Source: Sphingomonas sp. RT2P30 (GTDB lineage: Bacteria; Pseudomonadota; Alphaproteobacteria; Sphingomonadales; Sphingomonadaceae). Taken from it: a stretch of 64,000 nucleotides of DNA. Below the pieces are notes generated by a model. The model was not told the origin of the DNA. It saw nothing but the letters and a program-made list of their open reading frames with translations, and searched no databases. The stretch spans positions 93,882-157,881 of the forward strand of contig NZ_JAXOJP010000007.1 in NCBI RefSeq assembly GCF_036663795.1, read 5' to 3'. Position numbers and translations under genes: made by a program. Shown here piece by piece: positions 1-8,407 of this stretch. Position 1 is the first letter of the stretch. Every line of letters starts with the position of its first letter.

Positions 1-683
1 ATGTCGCGAGCGCGTTCGCCGAGTGCGATGGCACGGTCGGATTCGACCAGCGCATCGCGGCCCAGCGCGCGCGAGCGCAGGCGGTGCTCGGCCTCGAGCC
101 GGGTCAGCGCGAGGCGCTGATCCTCGAGCCGGCTGCGGCTTTCCGCCAGCGCGCGGGTCGCGGTCGTCGCGCCGGCCTGCAACTGGCGGGTGCGGTCGAC
201 ATCGGCGCGGATTGCGGCGGTGCGCGCACGGATCACCGGCAGCGTGCTGGCGAGCACGGCGCGGACATGGACGAGATCGTCGACCGAGCCGGGCCGGACG
301 ACAGCGATCATTGCCGGGCGCCGCGCCAGGCCCTGCAACGCGGCGAGCAGCCGCGCCACCGGCCCCTGTTGCGCCGCGAGCCGCGTCCGCTGCTGCGCGA
401 GCAGCCGATCGACGATCGCGATCCGCGCCTGACTCGCGGCGATATCGGCTTCGGCCTGCTGGATGCGCGCGGCGACGGCTGCTTCCTGCGCGCGCGCCTG
501 CACCGCCGCGTCGCGCTCGCGCGCGGCGGCGGCTTCGAGCCGGGCGGAGCGCTGCGCCGCCGCCTGCGACTGCGCCCGGGCGGCTTCGAGCCGGCTGCGC
601 TGGTCATCGCCGGTCTGCGCCGCCGCCCAGGACACGAAACCAAGCGCGGCGACCAATGCCGCGCACCCGCTCAGCCAGTATCC
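1..683 (-). CDS. M23-family peptidase / murein hydrolase activator (EnvC/NlpD-like), N-terminal coiled-coil part. Partial: the 3' end lies beyond the window start.
   Basis: Manual minus-strand translation gives a GTG start at 683 preceded by an in-frame stop. The N-terminus is hydrophobic (VGRWGYWLSGCAALVAALGFVSWAAA), followed by a long Ala/Arg/Gln/Glu coiled coil. Position downstream of rlmH matches the conserved rsfS-rlmH-M23 peptidase synteny in alphaproteobacteria. Not in the ORF track because no stop lies in the window. Confidence 0.5.
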
Positions 684-698
684 CCACCTACCCACCGG

Positions 699-1121
699 CT
701 AACCTTCGCGATGATAGGGATGGTTGGCAAGAATGCTCGTCGCGCGCCACAATTGTTCGGCGAGCATCGCGCGGGCGAGCAGATGCGGCCAGGTCGCGCG
801 ACCGAACGAAAAGAGCAGGTCGGCCTGCTGACGCGCGGCATCGTCGAAGCCATCGGCCGCGCCGATCATGAAGCGAGTCTCGCGCACGCCGTCGTCGCGC
901 CAGCGGCCGAGCCGCTCGGCAAAGGCGGTCGAACCGAGCGTCTCGCCCTTTTCGTCGAGCATGACGATGCGGGTATGCGGCTCGACGACGGGAAGCCGCC
1001 CGCCCTGGTCGGGCAGTTCGGTGACCCGCGACGGCCACGCCACGCGCTTAAGATAACGATCGACGAGTTCGGCCTCGGGGCTACGCCCGATCCGCCCGCG
1101 CGCGACGATATGCAGCAGCAT
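699..1121 (-). CDS. rlmH: 23S rRNA (pseudouridine1915-N3)-methyltransferase RlmH
   Basis: 140-aa ORF with the SPOUT RlmH signature (MLLHIVARGRIG ... FMIGAADG). Conserved neighbour of rsfS. Confidence 0.9.
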   Translation of the reverse strand: MLLHIVARGRIGRSPEAELVDRYLKRVAWPSRVTELPDQGGRLPVVEPHTRIVMLDEKGETLGSTAFAERLGRWRDDGVRETRFMIGAADGFDDAARQQADLLFSFGRATWPHLLARAMLAEQLWRATSILANHPYHREG

Positions 1122-1148
1122 GGCCGGCGCGCTGACGCTGGGTCGGGC

Positions 1149-1598
1149 TCAGGCCTGGCCGGCAGCGGGGGCCGGGGCGGGCGGCGCATCGCCGAACGCC
1201 CACATCCGCTCGAGATTGTAGAAGCTGCGCACCTCGGGGCGGAACAGGTGGACGATGACGTCGCCGGCATCGATCAGCACCCAGTCGGCGGTCGGCAGCC
1301 CCTCGATCCGCGTCGAACGGCCGAGCTCGCCCTTGATCTTCTCGGCGAGCTTCGACGCCATCGAGGCGACCTGGCGCGTCGAGCGGCCGCTCGCGATCAC
1401 CATGTGATCGGCGATCGACGATTTGCCGGCGAGCGGGATCGAGATCGTATCGACCGCCTGGTCGTCGTCGAGCGACGACAGGACGAGACGATGCAGCGCA
1501 TCGACCTCATCGGGGGTGGAAGCGCGATACACGGGAGATGCTGATGCCAAGTCGGTTCCTAGGGTGTGAGGCCGGGAGCACCGAAGCGGTGCTGCCAA
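1149..1598 (-). CDS. rsfS: Ribosomal silencing factor RsfS (iojap family)
   Basis: 149-aa ORF with the RsfS/iojap core (DTISIPLAGKSSIADHMVIASGRSTRQV...VLIDAGDVIVHLF). The start may be later; the 5' end overlaps the nadD 3' end by ~40 nt. Confidence 0.8.
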   Translation of the reverse strand: MAAPLRCSRPHTLGTDLASASPVYRASTPDEVDALHRLVLSSLDDDQAVDTISIPLAGKSSIADHMVIASGRSTRQVASMASKLAEKIKGELGRSTRIEGLPTADWVLIDAGDVIVHLFRPEVRSFYNLERMWAFGDAPPAPAPAAGQA

Positions 1599-2170
1599 GC
1601 AGGATCGGCCGCGCGCAGCCGGGTTGCAGAAGTCGGGTCAGGGGAAAAGCGCAACAGCACGAGTGCCGGCAATCTCCACATCGTCCAGTTCTTCGCCTGG
1701 CGTGCGGGCCGGATGAAGCGCCGCAGCCAACCCATCGCGGGGGCCGCGTGGGCAGCACCGTCATAGCCCGGACGCGCGACAACCGCAATCGGCATCGCAC
1801 GCGCGATGCCGCGCCAGTCTTTCCACTGGTCGAACTGGGCGAGATTATCGGCCCCCATCAGCCAGATGAAGCGGTGATTGGGGTAGCGACGGGTGAGCGC
1901 GCGGACGGTGTCGATCGTGTAGCGCGTGCCGAGCCGGGACTCGATGTCGGTCGCGCGGATCGGCGCATGGCGCGCCATCCGCCGCGCCGAGGCGAGGCGG
2001 ATGGCGAGCGGCGCCATGTCGCGCGCCTTGTCCTTGAGCGGGTTGCCCGGCGACACCAGCCACCACACTTCGTCGAGACCGAGCGCGCGGATCGCGGCGA
2101 GACTGATCGCACGGTGGCCCTGATGTGCCGGGTTGAACGAGCCGCCGAGCAGGCCGATGCGGCGGGTCAT
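1559..2170 (-). CDS. nadD: Nicotinate-nucleotide adenylyltransferase NadD
   Basis: Starts MTRRIGLLGGSFNPAHQGH (nucleotidyltransferase HxGH motif). The ORF track's longer upstream extension is low complexity. Conserved nadD-rsfS-rlmH order. Confidence 0.85.
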   Translation of the reverse strand: MTRRIGLLGGSFNPAHQGHRAISLAAIRALGLDEVWWLVSPGNPLKDKARDMAPLAIRLASARRMARHAPIRATDIESRLGTRYTIDTVRALTRRYPNHRFIWLMGADNLAQFDQWKDWRGIARAMPIAVVARPGYDGAAHAAPAMGWLRRFIRPARQAKNWTMWRLPALVLLRFSPDPTSATRLRAADPAWQHRFGAPGLTP

Positions 2171-2448
2171 TCGCGCCGCCCTTGCTGGCGCGCATGATAT
2201 ACGCGCACCACCTGAATGCCGCCGCGAACGAGCCGATAGACCAGAATGTAATCGGTCTGTGGCACCCGCCATTTGCGGATGCCTGGCTCGATCTCTGGTC
2301 CGGCATGTGGATGATCCGCCAGGAAGCGCGCGGCCGCTATGGCAAGTCGGGCGACTTTCAAGGCGAAGTCGGGGTTCAGCGTCTCATAATAGGCGTCGAT
2401 GGCAGCGAGATCGACTCGCGCGGGCCATGTCCATTGAGCGCGACTCAT
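2167..2448 (-). CDS. parE: Type II toxin, RelE/ParE family
   Basis: 93-aa protein with the ParE-like C-terminus (DYILVYRLVRGGIQVVRVYHARQ). Overlaps the upstream antitoxin gene by 4 nt. Local GC (~58%) is lower than the surroundings. Confidence 0.75.
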   Translation of the reverse strand: MSRAQWTWPARVDLAAIDAYYETLNPDFALKVARLAIAAARFLADHPHAGPEIEPGIRKWRVPQTDYILVYRLVRGGIQVVRVYHARQQGRRE

Positions 2449-2699
2449 TCAGCGGCGGTTTGGTGCCTGAGTCCCTCGACCCACGCCTCCATCTCTTCCT
2501 GGCTATACACTTCGCCACAATCGGCGGCATCGATACCCTCCTGGATGAAGGCGCGAAACGCCGTTTCCTCGTCAACAAAACGTTCGATCGCCTTGGACAT
2601 GATCCAGGCACGCGATCGATCGAGTTTGGCGGCGAGCGCATCGAGCCGGTCGGACAGATCGGCATCGATGCGCGCCGTGATGACGGAGGTCTTGCTCAT
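2445..2699 (-). CDS. parD: Type II antitoxin, ribbon-helix-helix (ParD/CopG family)
   Basis: 84-aa protein with an N-terminal RHH (VITARIDADLSDRLDALAAKLDRSRAWIMSKAIERFV). Sits immediately upstream of the ParE-like toxin and overlaps it by 4 nt. A perfect 22-bp palindrome lies on its start. Confidence 0.75.
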   Translation of the reverse strand: MSKTSVITARIDADLSDRLDALAAKLDRSRAWIMSKAIERFVDEETAFRAFIQEGIDAADCGEVYSQEEMEAWVEGLRHQTAAE

Positions 2700-2700
2700 G

Positions 2701-2722
2701 TATTCAATGTATACATTGAATA
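2701..2722. promoter_or_regulatory. Perfect 22-bp palindrome TATTCAATGTATACATTGAATA at the parD start; candidate autoregulatory operator of the parDE module
   Basis: Read directly from the sequence. The first and last 11 nt are exact reverse complements. It lies 1 nt upstream of the parD initiation codon on the coding strand. Confidence 0.6.
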
Positions 2723-2736
2723 CAGCAGGCGCAAGA

Positions 2737-3774
2737 TCAGCCTTTGTGCCGCGACTGGGCGATCCATTTGCCGCGGTAGCTACCCTGCATGCCGAACATC
2801 CAGCCGGGATATTCCGGCGCCAGCCGACTGGCCTCGTCGAGCGCGCGCAGCTCGGCCTCGCTGAGGTCGATCGCGACGGCGGCGAGATTGTCGTCGAGCT
2901 GGTCGGGGCGTTTGGCGCCGATGATCACGCTGGTGACGACCGGCTGGTGGAGCAGCCACGCCAGCGCGATCTGCGCGACGCTGACGCCGTGCGCCTTCGC
3001 GATCGGGTCCATCGCGTCGAGCACGGCATTGCCGCGCGTCTCGTCGACCGGCGGGAAGGTGAAGGCCTCGCGCCGCCCCTTGCCCTCGCCGCCGCGATAC
3101 TTGCCCGAGAGATAGCCGCCGGCGAGCGGGCTCCACACCATCAGGCCGAGCCCCTCGGACTGCATCATCGGCACCAGCTCGCGCTCGAGATCGCGGCCGA
3201 CCAAAGTGTAATAGGACTGCACCGACTGAAAGCGCGTCGCATTGGTGCGCTCGGCGATGCCCAGCGCCTTGGCGATCTGCCACGCCGCCCAGTTCGACAC
3301 GCCGACATAGCGGACATGGCCCTGGCGCACGAGATCGTCGAGCGCGCGCACCGTCTCCTCGATCGGCGTCGCGGCATCCCAGCCATGGATCTGGTAGAGG
3401 TCGATATGGTCGGTGTTGAGGCGTTTCAGGCTGGCCTTGACCTGATCCATCAGATGGCCGCGCGTGGCGCCGGAATCGAGCGGCCCTTCGCCCATCGTGC
3501 CGAACGCCTTGGTCGCCAGCACGACATCCTCGCGGCGCAGGCCGAGATTGCGGATCGCCTGGCCGGTGATCTCTTCCGACTGGCCGGCCGAATAGACATT
3601 GGCGGTGTCGATGAAATTGACCCCGGCATCGATCGCACCCTTGAGCAGCGCATCGGCCTCATCCTGGCCGAGCCCGGCGATCGCCGCAAAGCGCCCCGCC
3701 GAGCCGAAGGTCATCGTGCCGAGGCACAGCTCCGAGACGAACAGGCCGGTGCGGCCGAGCGGATTGTAGCGCAT
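2737..3774 (-). CDS. Aldo/keto reductase family oxidoreductase
   Basis: Starts MRYNPLGRTGLFVSELCLGTMTFG (AKR N-terminal signature), with IDTANVY and GVSNW motifs. The ORF-track start at 3900 is an upstream extension. Confidence 0.85.
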   Translation of the reverse strand: MRYNPLGRTGLFVSELCLGTMTFGSAGRFAAIAGLGQDEADALLKGAIDAGVNFIDTANVYSAGQSEEITGQAIRNLGLRREDVVLATKAFGTMGEGPLDSGATRGHLMDQVKASLKRLNTDHIDLYQIHGWDAATPIEETVRALDDLVRQGHVRYVGVSNWAAWQIAKALGIAERTNATRFQSVQSYYTLVGRDLERELVPMMQSEGLGLMVWSPLAGGYLSGKYRGGEGKGRREAFTFPPVDETRGNAVLDAMDPIAKAHGVSVAQIALAWLLHQPVVTSVIIGAKRPDQLDDNLAAVAIDLSEAELRALDEASRLAPEYPGWMFGMQGSYRGKWIAQSRHKG

Positions 3775-3874
3775 ATGTAATCCTTGTCGGAAAGACGGCC
3801 CCCGCCGTGAGCGGGATATGTGGGGCAGCCTGTCGGGCGGCAATGCCAGGCGCGAAATATTCCGGCGACGACCG

Positions 3875-4219
3875 TCAGGGAAAGCGGTGCGTGACTTCAA
3901 TCAGGCCGTGAATCGCGGCGTTGAACGCTCCGAGATCTTCGGCGGGAATCCAATATTCCTCATGCGCTCGGCCGCCGGCCTGTTCGACACGGTAATTTGC
4001 GAGAAAATCTTTGCCGACCGCAAAGCGCGTGACGAAGCCAGCGCCGCTCGCCGGTACGTTCCAGTCGCGTGCGATCTTGATCGCATAGGCTTCGGTGGTG
4101 ACGGGGTAGAAAATCGGCTGCCCGGGAAGGCGCGGCGGGAAGCCGGTCATGCCGCATTCCTCGATCAAGGCCAGCTCCTTGGGTCCCACCGGCCGCCAAA
4201 GAGTGACGGTGTCGCTCAT
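3875..4219 (-). CDS. Conserved hypothetical protein; ATGA-coupled to the proA stop
   Basis: 114-aa ORF from MSDTVTLWRPVGPKELALIEE. Globular-looking composition. The 4-nt start/stop overlap with proA suggests co-translation. Family not recognised. Confidence 0.45.
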   Translation of the reverse strand: MSDTVTLWRPVGPKELALIEECGMTGFPPRLPGQPIFYPVTTEAYAIKIARDWNVPASGAGFVTRFAVGKDFLANYRVEQAGGRAHEEYWIPAEDLGAFNAAIHGLIEVTHRFP

Positions 4220-5490
4220 GGCCTGATCTGCCCCGTCCCCCGCGCGACCCATTTATAGGTCGTCAGCCCTTCGAGCGCGACCGGGCCGCGCGCGTGGAGG
4301 CGGCCAGTGGCGATGCCGATCTCGGCGCCGAGACCGAACTCGCCGCCATCGGCGAACTGCGTGGAGGCGTTCCACAGCACGATCGCCGAATCGACGGCCG
4401 CGAGGAAGCGCTCGGCGACAGCTTCGTCATCGGCGACGATCGCATCGGTATGATGCGAGCCATGCGCCGCGATATGCGCCAGCGCGCCGTCAAGGCCGTC
4501 GACGATCGCGACCGAGGCGATCGCGTCGAGATATTCGGTGTCCCAGTCCTGCGCGCTCGCTTCGCCGATCGCGGGGACGAGCGCGCGCGCGCCCGCATCG
4601 CCGCGCACCGTGCAGCCGGCGGCGGCGAGCGCGGCGATCAGCGTCGCTGCCTGTGGGTAGGCGCAGTCGATCAGCAGCGTTTCCATCGCGCCGCACACCC
4701 CGGTGCGACGCAGCTTGGCGTTGATCGCGATCGCCTCGGCCATGGCCGGGTCGGCCGAGGCGTGTACGAAGACATGGTTGATCCCGTCGAGATGCGCGAG
4801 CACCGGCACGCGCGCCTCGGCTTGGACGCGCGCGACGAGGCTCTTGCCGCCGCGCGGGATGATAAGGTCGATCGCCCCCTCGGCCGCGAGCATCGCGCCG
4901 ACCGCCGCGCGATCGGTGACGGGGATGAGTTGCACGGCATCGACCGGCAGCCCCGCCGCGGCGAGCCCGGTCGTCAGCGCGGCGTGGATCGCGCGGTTGC
5001 TCTCAATCGCTTCGGAGCCGCCGCGCAGGATGACGGCATTGCCCGAGCCGATGCACAGGGCTGCGGCGTCGGCAGTGACGTTGGGGCGGCTTTCATAGAT
5101 GATGCCGATCACCCCGATCGGCACGCGTACCCGGCGCAGCACCAGCCCGTTGGCGGGGCGCGTCTCGTCGATCACCATGCCGACCGGATCGGCCAGCGTC
5201 GCGACCGTCGCGACGCCGTCGGCCATCGCGGTAACGCGCCCGGCATCGAGCTTCAGCCGGTCGAGCATCGCCGGCGACAGCCCGGCCGCCGCGCCCTTGG
5301 CCATGTCGATGGCATTGGCGGCAAGGATCGCCGGGCCGGCTGTGCGGAGCGCGTCGGCAATCGACACCAGGGCGGTCGCCTTGGTGGCACTCGACAGGCC
5401 GGCAAGTGTGGTCGCGGCGATACGCGCACGCGCACCCATCGCGGCGATCAGCGCGGCAGCATCGGTCTGGTGGTCGAAAGCGGTGGCCAT
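4216..5490 (-). CDS. proA: Gamma-glutamyl phosphate reductase ProA
   Basis: 424-aa protein from MATAFDH, with aldehyde dehydrogenase-fold ProA motifs (GLVLRRVRVPIGVIGIIYESRPNVT; CGAMETLLI). The ORF-track start at 5649 is an extension. Confidence 0.9.
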   Translation of the reverse strand: MATAFDHQTDAAALIAAMGARARIAATTLAGLSSATKATALVSIADALRTAGPAILAANAIDMAKGAAAGLSPAMLDRLKLDAGRVTAMADGVATVATLADPVGMVIDETRPANGLVLRRVRVPIGVIGIIYESRPNVTADAAALCIGSGNAVILRGGSEAIESNRAIHAALTTGLAAAGLPVDAVQLIPVTDRAAVGAMLAAEGAIDLIIPRGGKSLVARVQAEARVPVLAHLDGINHVFVHASADPAMAEAIAINAKLRRTGVCGAMETLLIDCAYPQAATLIAALAAAGCTVRGDAGARALVPAIGEASAQDWDTEYLDAIASVAIVDGLDGALAHIAAHGSHHTDAIVADDEAVAERFLAAVDSAIVLWNASTQFADGGEFGLGAEIGIATGRLHARGPVALEGLTTYKWVARGTGQIRP

Positions 5491-5528
5491 GGCGGGCGCG
5501 AATATCATGCACCGCGCGTCGGCCAAAG

Positions 5529-5563
5529 CCCCTATCGCTTTCGCGCCCCCTATCGCTTTCACG
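5529..5563. repeat. Tandem direct repeat, two 17-18-bp units with core CCTATCGCTTTC at period 18
   Basis: Sequence cccctatcgctttcgcg + ccccctatcgctttcacg. It lies between the divergent proA start (5490) and the DUF3667 ATG (5571). Confidence 0.6.
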
Positions 5564-5570
5564 CAAGGTA

Positions 5571-6665
5571 ATGATATCGACCGCTTCGATGAGCGGGGGA
5601 ATCGAAGCAGCGGGCGATATCGCCACCGGGGCCTTGCTGGGCCGCGCAATCGAGCCGCGCGCCGGCGAGGCAGCGGGCGGCGCGCACGGGCATGGCTTGT
5701 GTCTCAATTGCGGCACGGCACTGATCGGCGATTATTGCCATGCCTGCGGCCAGGGCGGCCATGTCCACCGCTCACTCGCCTCGATCGGGCACGACCTGCT
5801 GCACGGCGCGTTCCATTTCGAGGGCAAGATCTGGCGCACGCTGCCGATGCTGGTGCTGCATCCCGGCGCGCTGACGCGGCGCTATATCGCTGGCGAGCGC
5901 GCGCGCTTCGTCTCGCCGCTGGCGCTGTTCCTGTTCTTCGTTTTCCTGATGTTCGCGACGATCCACAGCTTTGGTGGCGAGTTGGAAGAGGTCGATGCAA
6001 CGCCCGCGGCACGGGTCGAGCGCATGGCCAAGTTCGACAAGGTCATCGCGGCGTCCGAGGAGCAACTCAAACGCGCCGAACAGAGCCAGGCAAAGGGCGG
6101 CCCGGATGCCCCCGACGCCGACGACATCGCGACCCTGCGCGGCACGATCGACGGCCTGAAGAAGACCCGCGATACCTTCGCGACGAGCAAGGACGGCAAG
6201 GAGCGCGTGACCTTCAGCACCTATCTCACCGGCTGGGCACCGCTCGACAAGGGCATCGCCAAGGCCAATGCCAATCCGGGTCTGGCGCTCTACAAGCTGC
6301 AGTCGAGCGCCTATAAATATAGCTGGGCGCTGATCCCCATTTCGGTGCCGTTCGTCGCCTTGCTGTTTCTGTGGAAGCGGCGCTACAAATTGTACGACCA
6401 CACCATCTTCGTCACCTACAGTCTGTCGTTCATGCTGCTGCTGGTGACGGTTTTCACGCTCGGCCTGGAAATTCACGCGCCAGGATGGATCCTCGGCCTG
6501 ATGCTCGGCTTCGGCCCGCCGGTGCATCTCTTCGCGCAGCTGCGCGGTGCCTATCAGCTGCGCAAACGCTCCGCCTTGTGGCGCACCGTAGCGCTGAGCA
6601 TGTTCGGCTTCGTTGCGCTCATGCTGTTCATAACGCTGCTGCTCGCGCTCGGCCTGATGGGGTGA
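5571..6665 (+). CDS. DUF3667-like membrane protein with an N-terminal zinc-ribbon
   Basis: CLNCGTALIGDYCHACGQ zinc ribbon followed by about five hydrophobic helices. The start is chosen at MISTASMSGG; the upstream extension is Arg-rich. It lies 45 nt upstream of the Hsp70 gene on the same strand. Confidence 0.65.
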   Translation: MISTASMSGGIEAAGDIATGALLGRAIEPRAGEAAGGAHGHGLCLNCGTALIGDYCHACGQGGHVHRSLASIGHDLLHGAFHFEGKIWRTLPMLVLHPGALTRRYIAGERARFVSPLALFLFFVFLMFATIHSFGGELEEVDATPAARVERMAKFDKVIAASEEQLKRAEQSQAKGGPDAPDADDIATLRGTIDGLKKTRDTFATSKDGKERVTFSTYLTGWAPLDKGIAKANANPGLALYKLQSSAYKYSWALIPISVPFVALLFLWKRRYKLYDHTIFVTYSLSFMLLLVTVFTLGLEIHAPGWILGLMLGFGPPVHLFAQLRGAYQLRKRSALWRTVALSMFGFVALMLFITLLLALGLMG

Positions 6666-6709
6666 TCGCACCGCGCCCGGCTCGGGGCGCGGATCAGGGA
6701 TAATCGCAG

Positions 6710-8407
6710 ATGATCATCGGTATCGACCTTGGCACCACCAACAGTGCCGCCGCGGTGTGGCGCGACGGCGCGGCGCAGCTGATTCCCAACCGGTTGGGTC
6801 ATGTCCTGACGCCGTCCGCCGTCAGCGTCGATGCCGACGGCACGATCGTCGTCGGGCTCGCCGCGCGCGAGCGCCAGGCGCATGACGCCGCCAATACCGT
6901 CACCGCCTTCAAGCGATATATGGGGACGCGGCGCACCACCAAGCTCGGCCGTCACAGCTTCACCGCCGAGGAACTGTCGGCGATCGTGCTGCGCTCCCTG
7001 AAGGAGGATGCCGAGGCCTTTCTCGGCGAGCCGGTGACCGAGGCGGTGATCACCGTGCCGGCCTATTTCAACGACAAGCAGCGCAAGGCGACCCACCGCG
7101 CGGGCGAACTGGCGGGGCTGAAGGTCGAGCGGCTGATCAACGAGCCGACCGCTGCCGCGCTGGCCTATGGTATCCAGAATCTCGACAGCGAATCGCGCTT
7201 CTTCGTGTTCGATCTCGGCGGCGGCACCTTCGACGTGTCGATCGTCGAGATCTTCGAGGGCGTGATCGAGGTGCGCGCCTCGACCGGCGACAACCGGCTC
7301 GGCGGCGAGGATTTCAACGACCTGCTGATCAACCTGATGCGCGACCATGTCGGCGCGGCGTGGCAGGCCGACCGGCTTGATGACGCGCTGCACCAGAAGA
7401 TCCGCGAACAGGCCGAGCGCGCGCGGCGCACGCTGAGCAGTGCCGGGTCGGCGACGATGACGGTGACGTGGCGTGACGAGACGCACAGCATGGATGTCGA
7501 TACCGCCACGTTCGAGGCGGCGGCCGCGCCGATGCTCGAGCGGTTGCGCGAGCCGGTGCTGCGCGCGCTGCGTGACAGCGAGATCAAGCCCGACGCGCTG
7601 TCGGAGATCATCCTGATCGGCGGGGCGACGCGCATGCCGCTGGTGCGGCGCGCGGTCGCGCGGATGTTCGGGCGTTTTCCCAATGCCAGCATCAACCCCG
7701 ACGAGGCGGTCGCACTCGGTGCGGCGGTCCAGGCCGGGCTCAAGGCCCGCGATGTGGCGCTGAAGGAAGTCGTCGTGACCGATGTCTGCCCCTATTCGCT
7801 CGGCGTCGACATGTCGCGTCACCTGCCGGGCGGCGGCGTCGAGACGGGCATCTTCGCCCCGATCATCGAGCGCAACACCGTCATCCCGGCGAGCCGCATG
7901 CACAGCTTCGGCACGATGCATGACAATCAGGCGGTGGTCGAGTTCGGCATCTTTCAGGGCGAAGCGCGCGCCGTCGCCGACAATGTCGAGATCGGCCGGA
8001 CCAAGGTGCGCGTCCCGCGCGGTCCAGCCGGACAGGCCGTCGATGTGCGCTTCTCCTACGACGTCAGCGGCCTGCTCGAGGTCGATATTGTCGTGCAGCA
8101 GACCGGCGAAAAGACCACGTTGGTGATCAACGACGATGCCGCCGGCGACGACGCCGCACTGGCCGGGCGGCGTGCGGCGCTCGCCGCGCTCAAGACGCAT
8201 CCGCGCGACAGCGAGGCCAATCGCGCGGCGCTGGCGCGCGGCGATCGTGCCTATGAGAATGCGCTGGGCGACCAGCGCGCGATGATCGACATGTTGATCA
8301 GCGAGTTTCGCGTCGCGATCGACGGGCAGGACCCGCGCGTCATCGAACAGGCGCGCGCGCGTTTCCAGTCCGCGATCGACGCGATCGAGGGCGAAACCTT
8401 TTTGTGA
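6710..8407 (+). CDS. Hsp70-family chaperone, HscC-like (short-lid DnaK paralogue)
   Basis: IGIDLGTTNSAAAV, DLGGGTFDVSIV and EIILIGGATRMPLV Hsp70 ATPase motifs. At 565 aa the substrate-binding lid is shortened, as in HscC. Its stop overlaps the J-protein start (GTGA). Confidence 0.85.
   Translation: MIIGIDLGTTNSAAAVWRDGAAQLIPNRLGHVLTPSAVSVDADGTIVVGLAARERQAHDAANTVTAFKRYMGTRRTTKLGRHSFTAEELSAIVLRSLKEDAEAFLGEPVTEAVITVPAYFNDKQRKATHRAGELAGLKVERLINEPTAAALAYGIQNLDSESRFFVFDLGGGTFDVSIVEIFEGVIEVRASTGDNRLGGEDFNDLLINLMRDHVGAAWQADRLDDALHQKIREQAERARRTLSSAGSATMTVTWRDETHSMDVDTATFEAAAAPMLERLREPVLRALRDSEIKPDALSEIILIGGATRMPLVRRAVARMFGRFPNASINPDEAVALGAAVQAGLKARDVALKEVVVTDVCPYSLGVDMSRHLPGGGVETGIFAPIIERNTVIPASRMHSFGTMHDNQAVVEFGIFQGEARAVADNVEIGRTKVRVPRGPAGQAVDVRFSYDVSGLLEVDIVVQQTGEKTTLVINDDAAGDDAALAGRRAALAALKTHPRDSEANRAALARGDRAYENALGDQRAMIDMLISEFRVAIDGQDPRVIEQARARFQSAIDAIEGETFL

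Noticed and set aside
84-1544. 486-aa plus-strand ORF at the window start (and the 23-871 ORF)
   Set aside because: Antisense to rlmH, rsfS and the coiled-coil M23 peptidase gene. Arg/Gly/Ala-rich and non-protein-like.
2182-3780. 532-aa plus-strand ORF
   Set aside because: Antisense to parDE and the aldo/keto reductase. No recognisable domains.
4294-5571. 425-aa plus-strand ORF
   Set aside because: Antisense to proA. Low-complexity Arg/Asp/Gly-rich.
6554-8200. 548-aa minus-strand ORF, plus 8251-9054 and 9667-10752 minus-strand ORFs
   Set aside because: Antisense to the well-supported Hsp70 and J-protein genes. No motifs.
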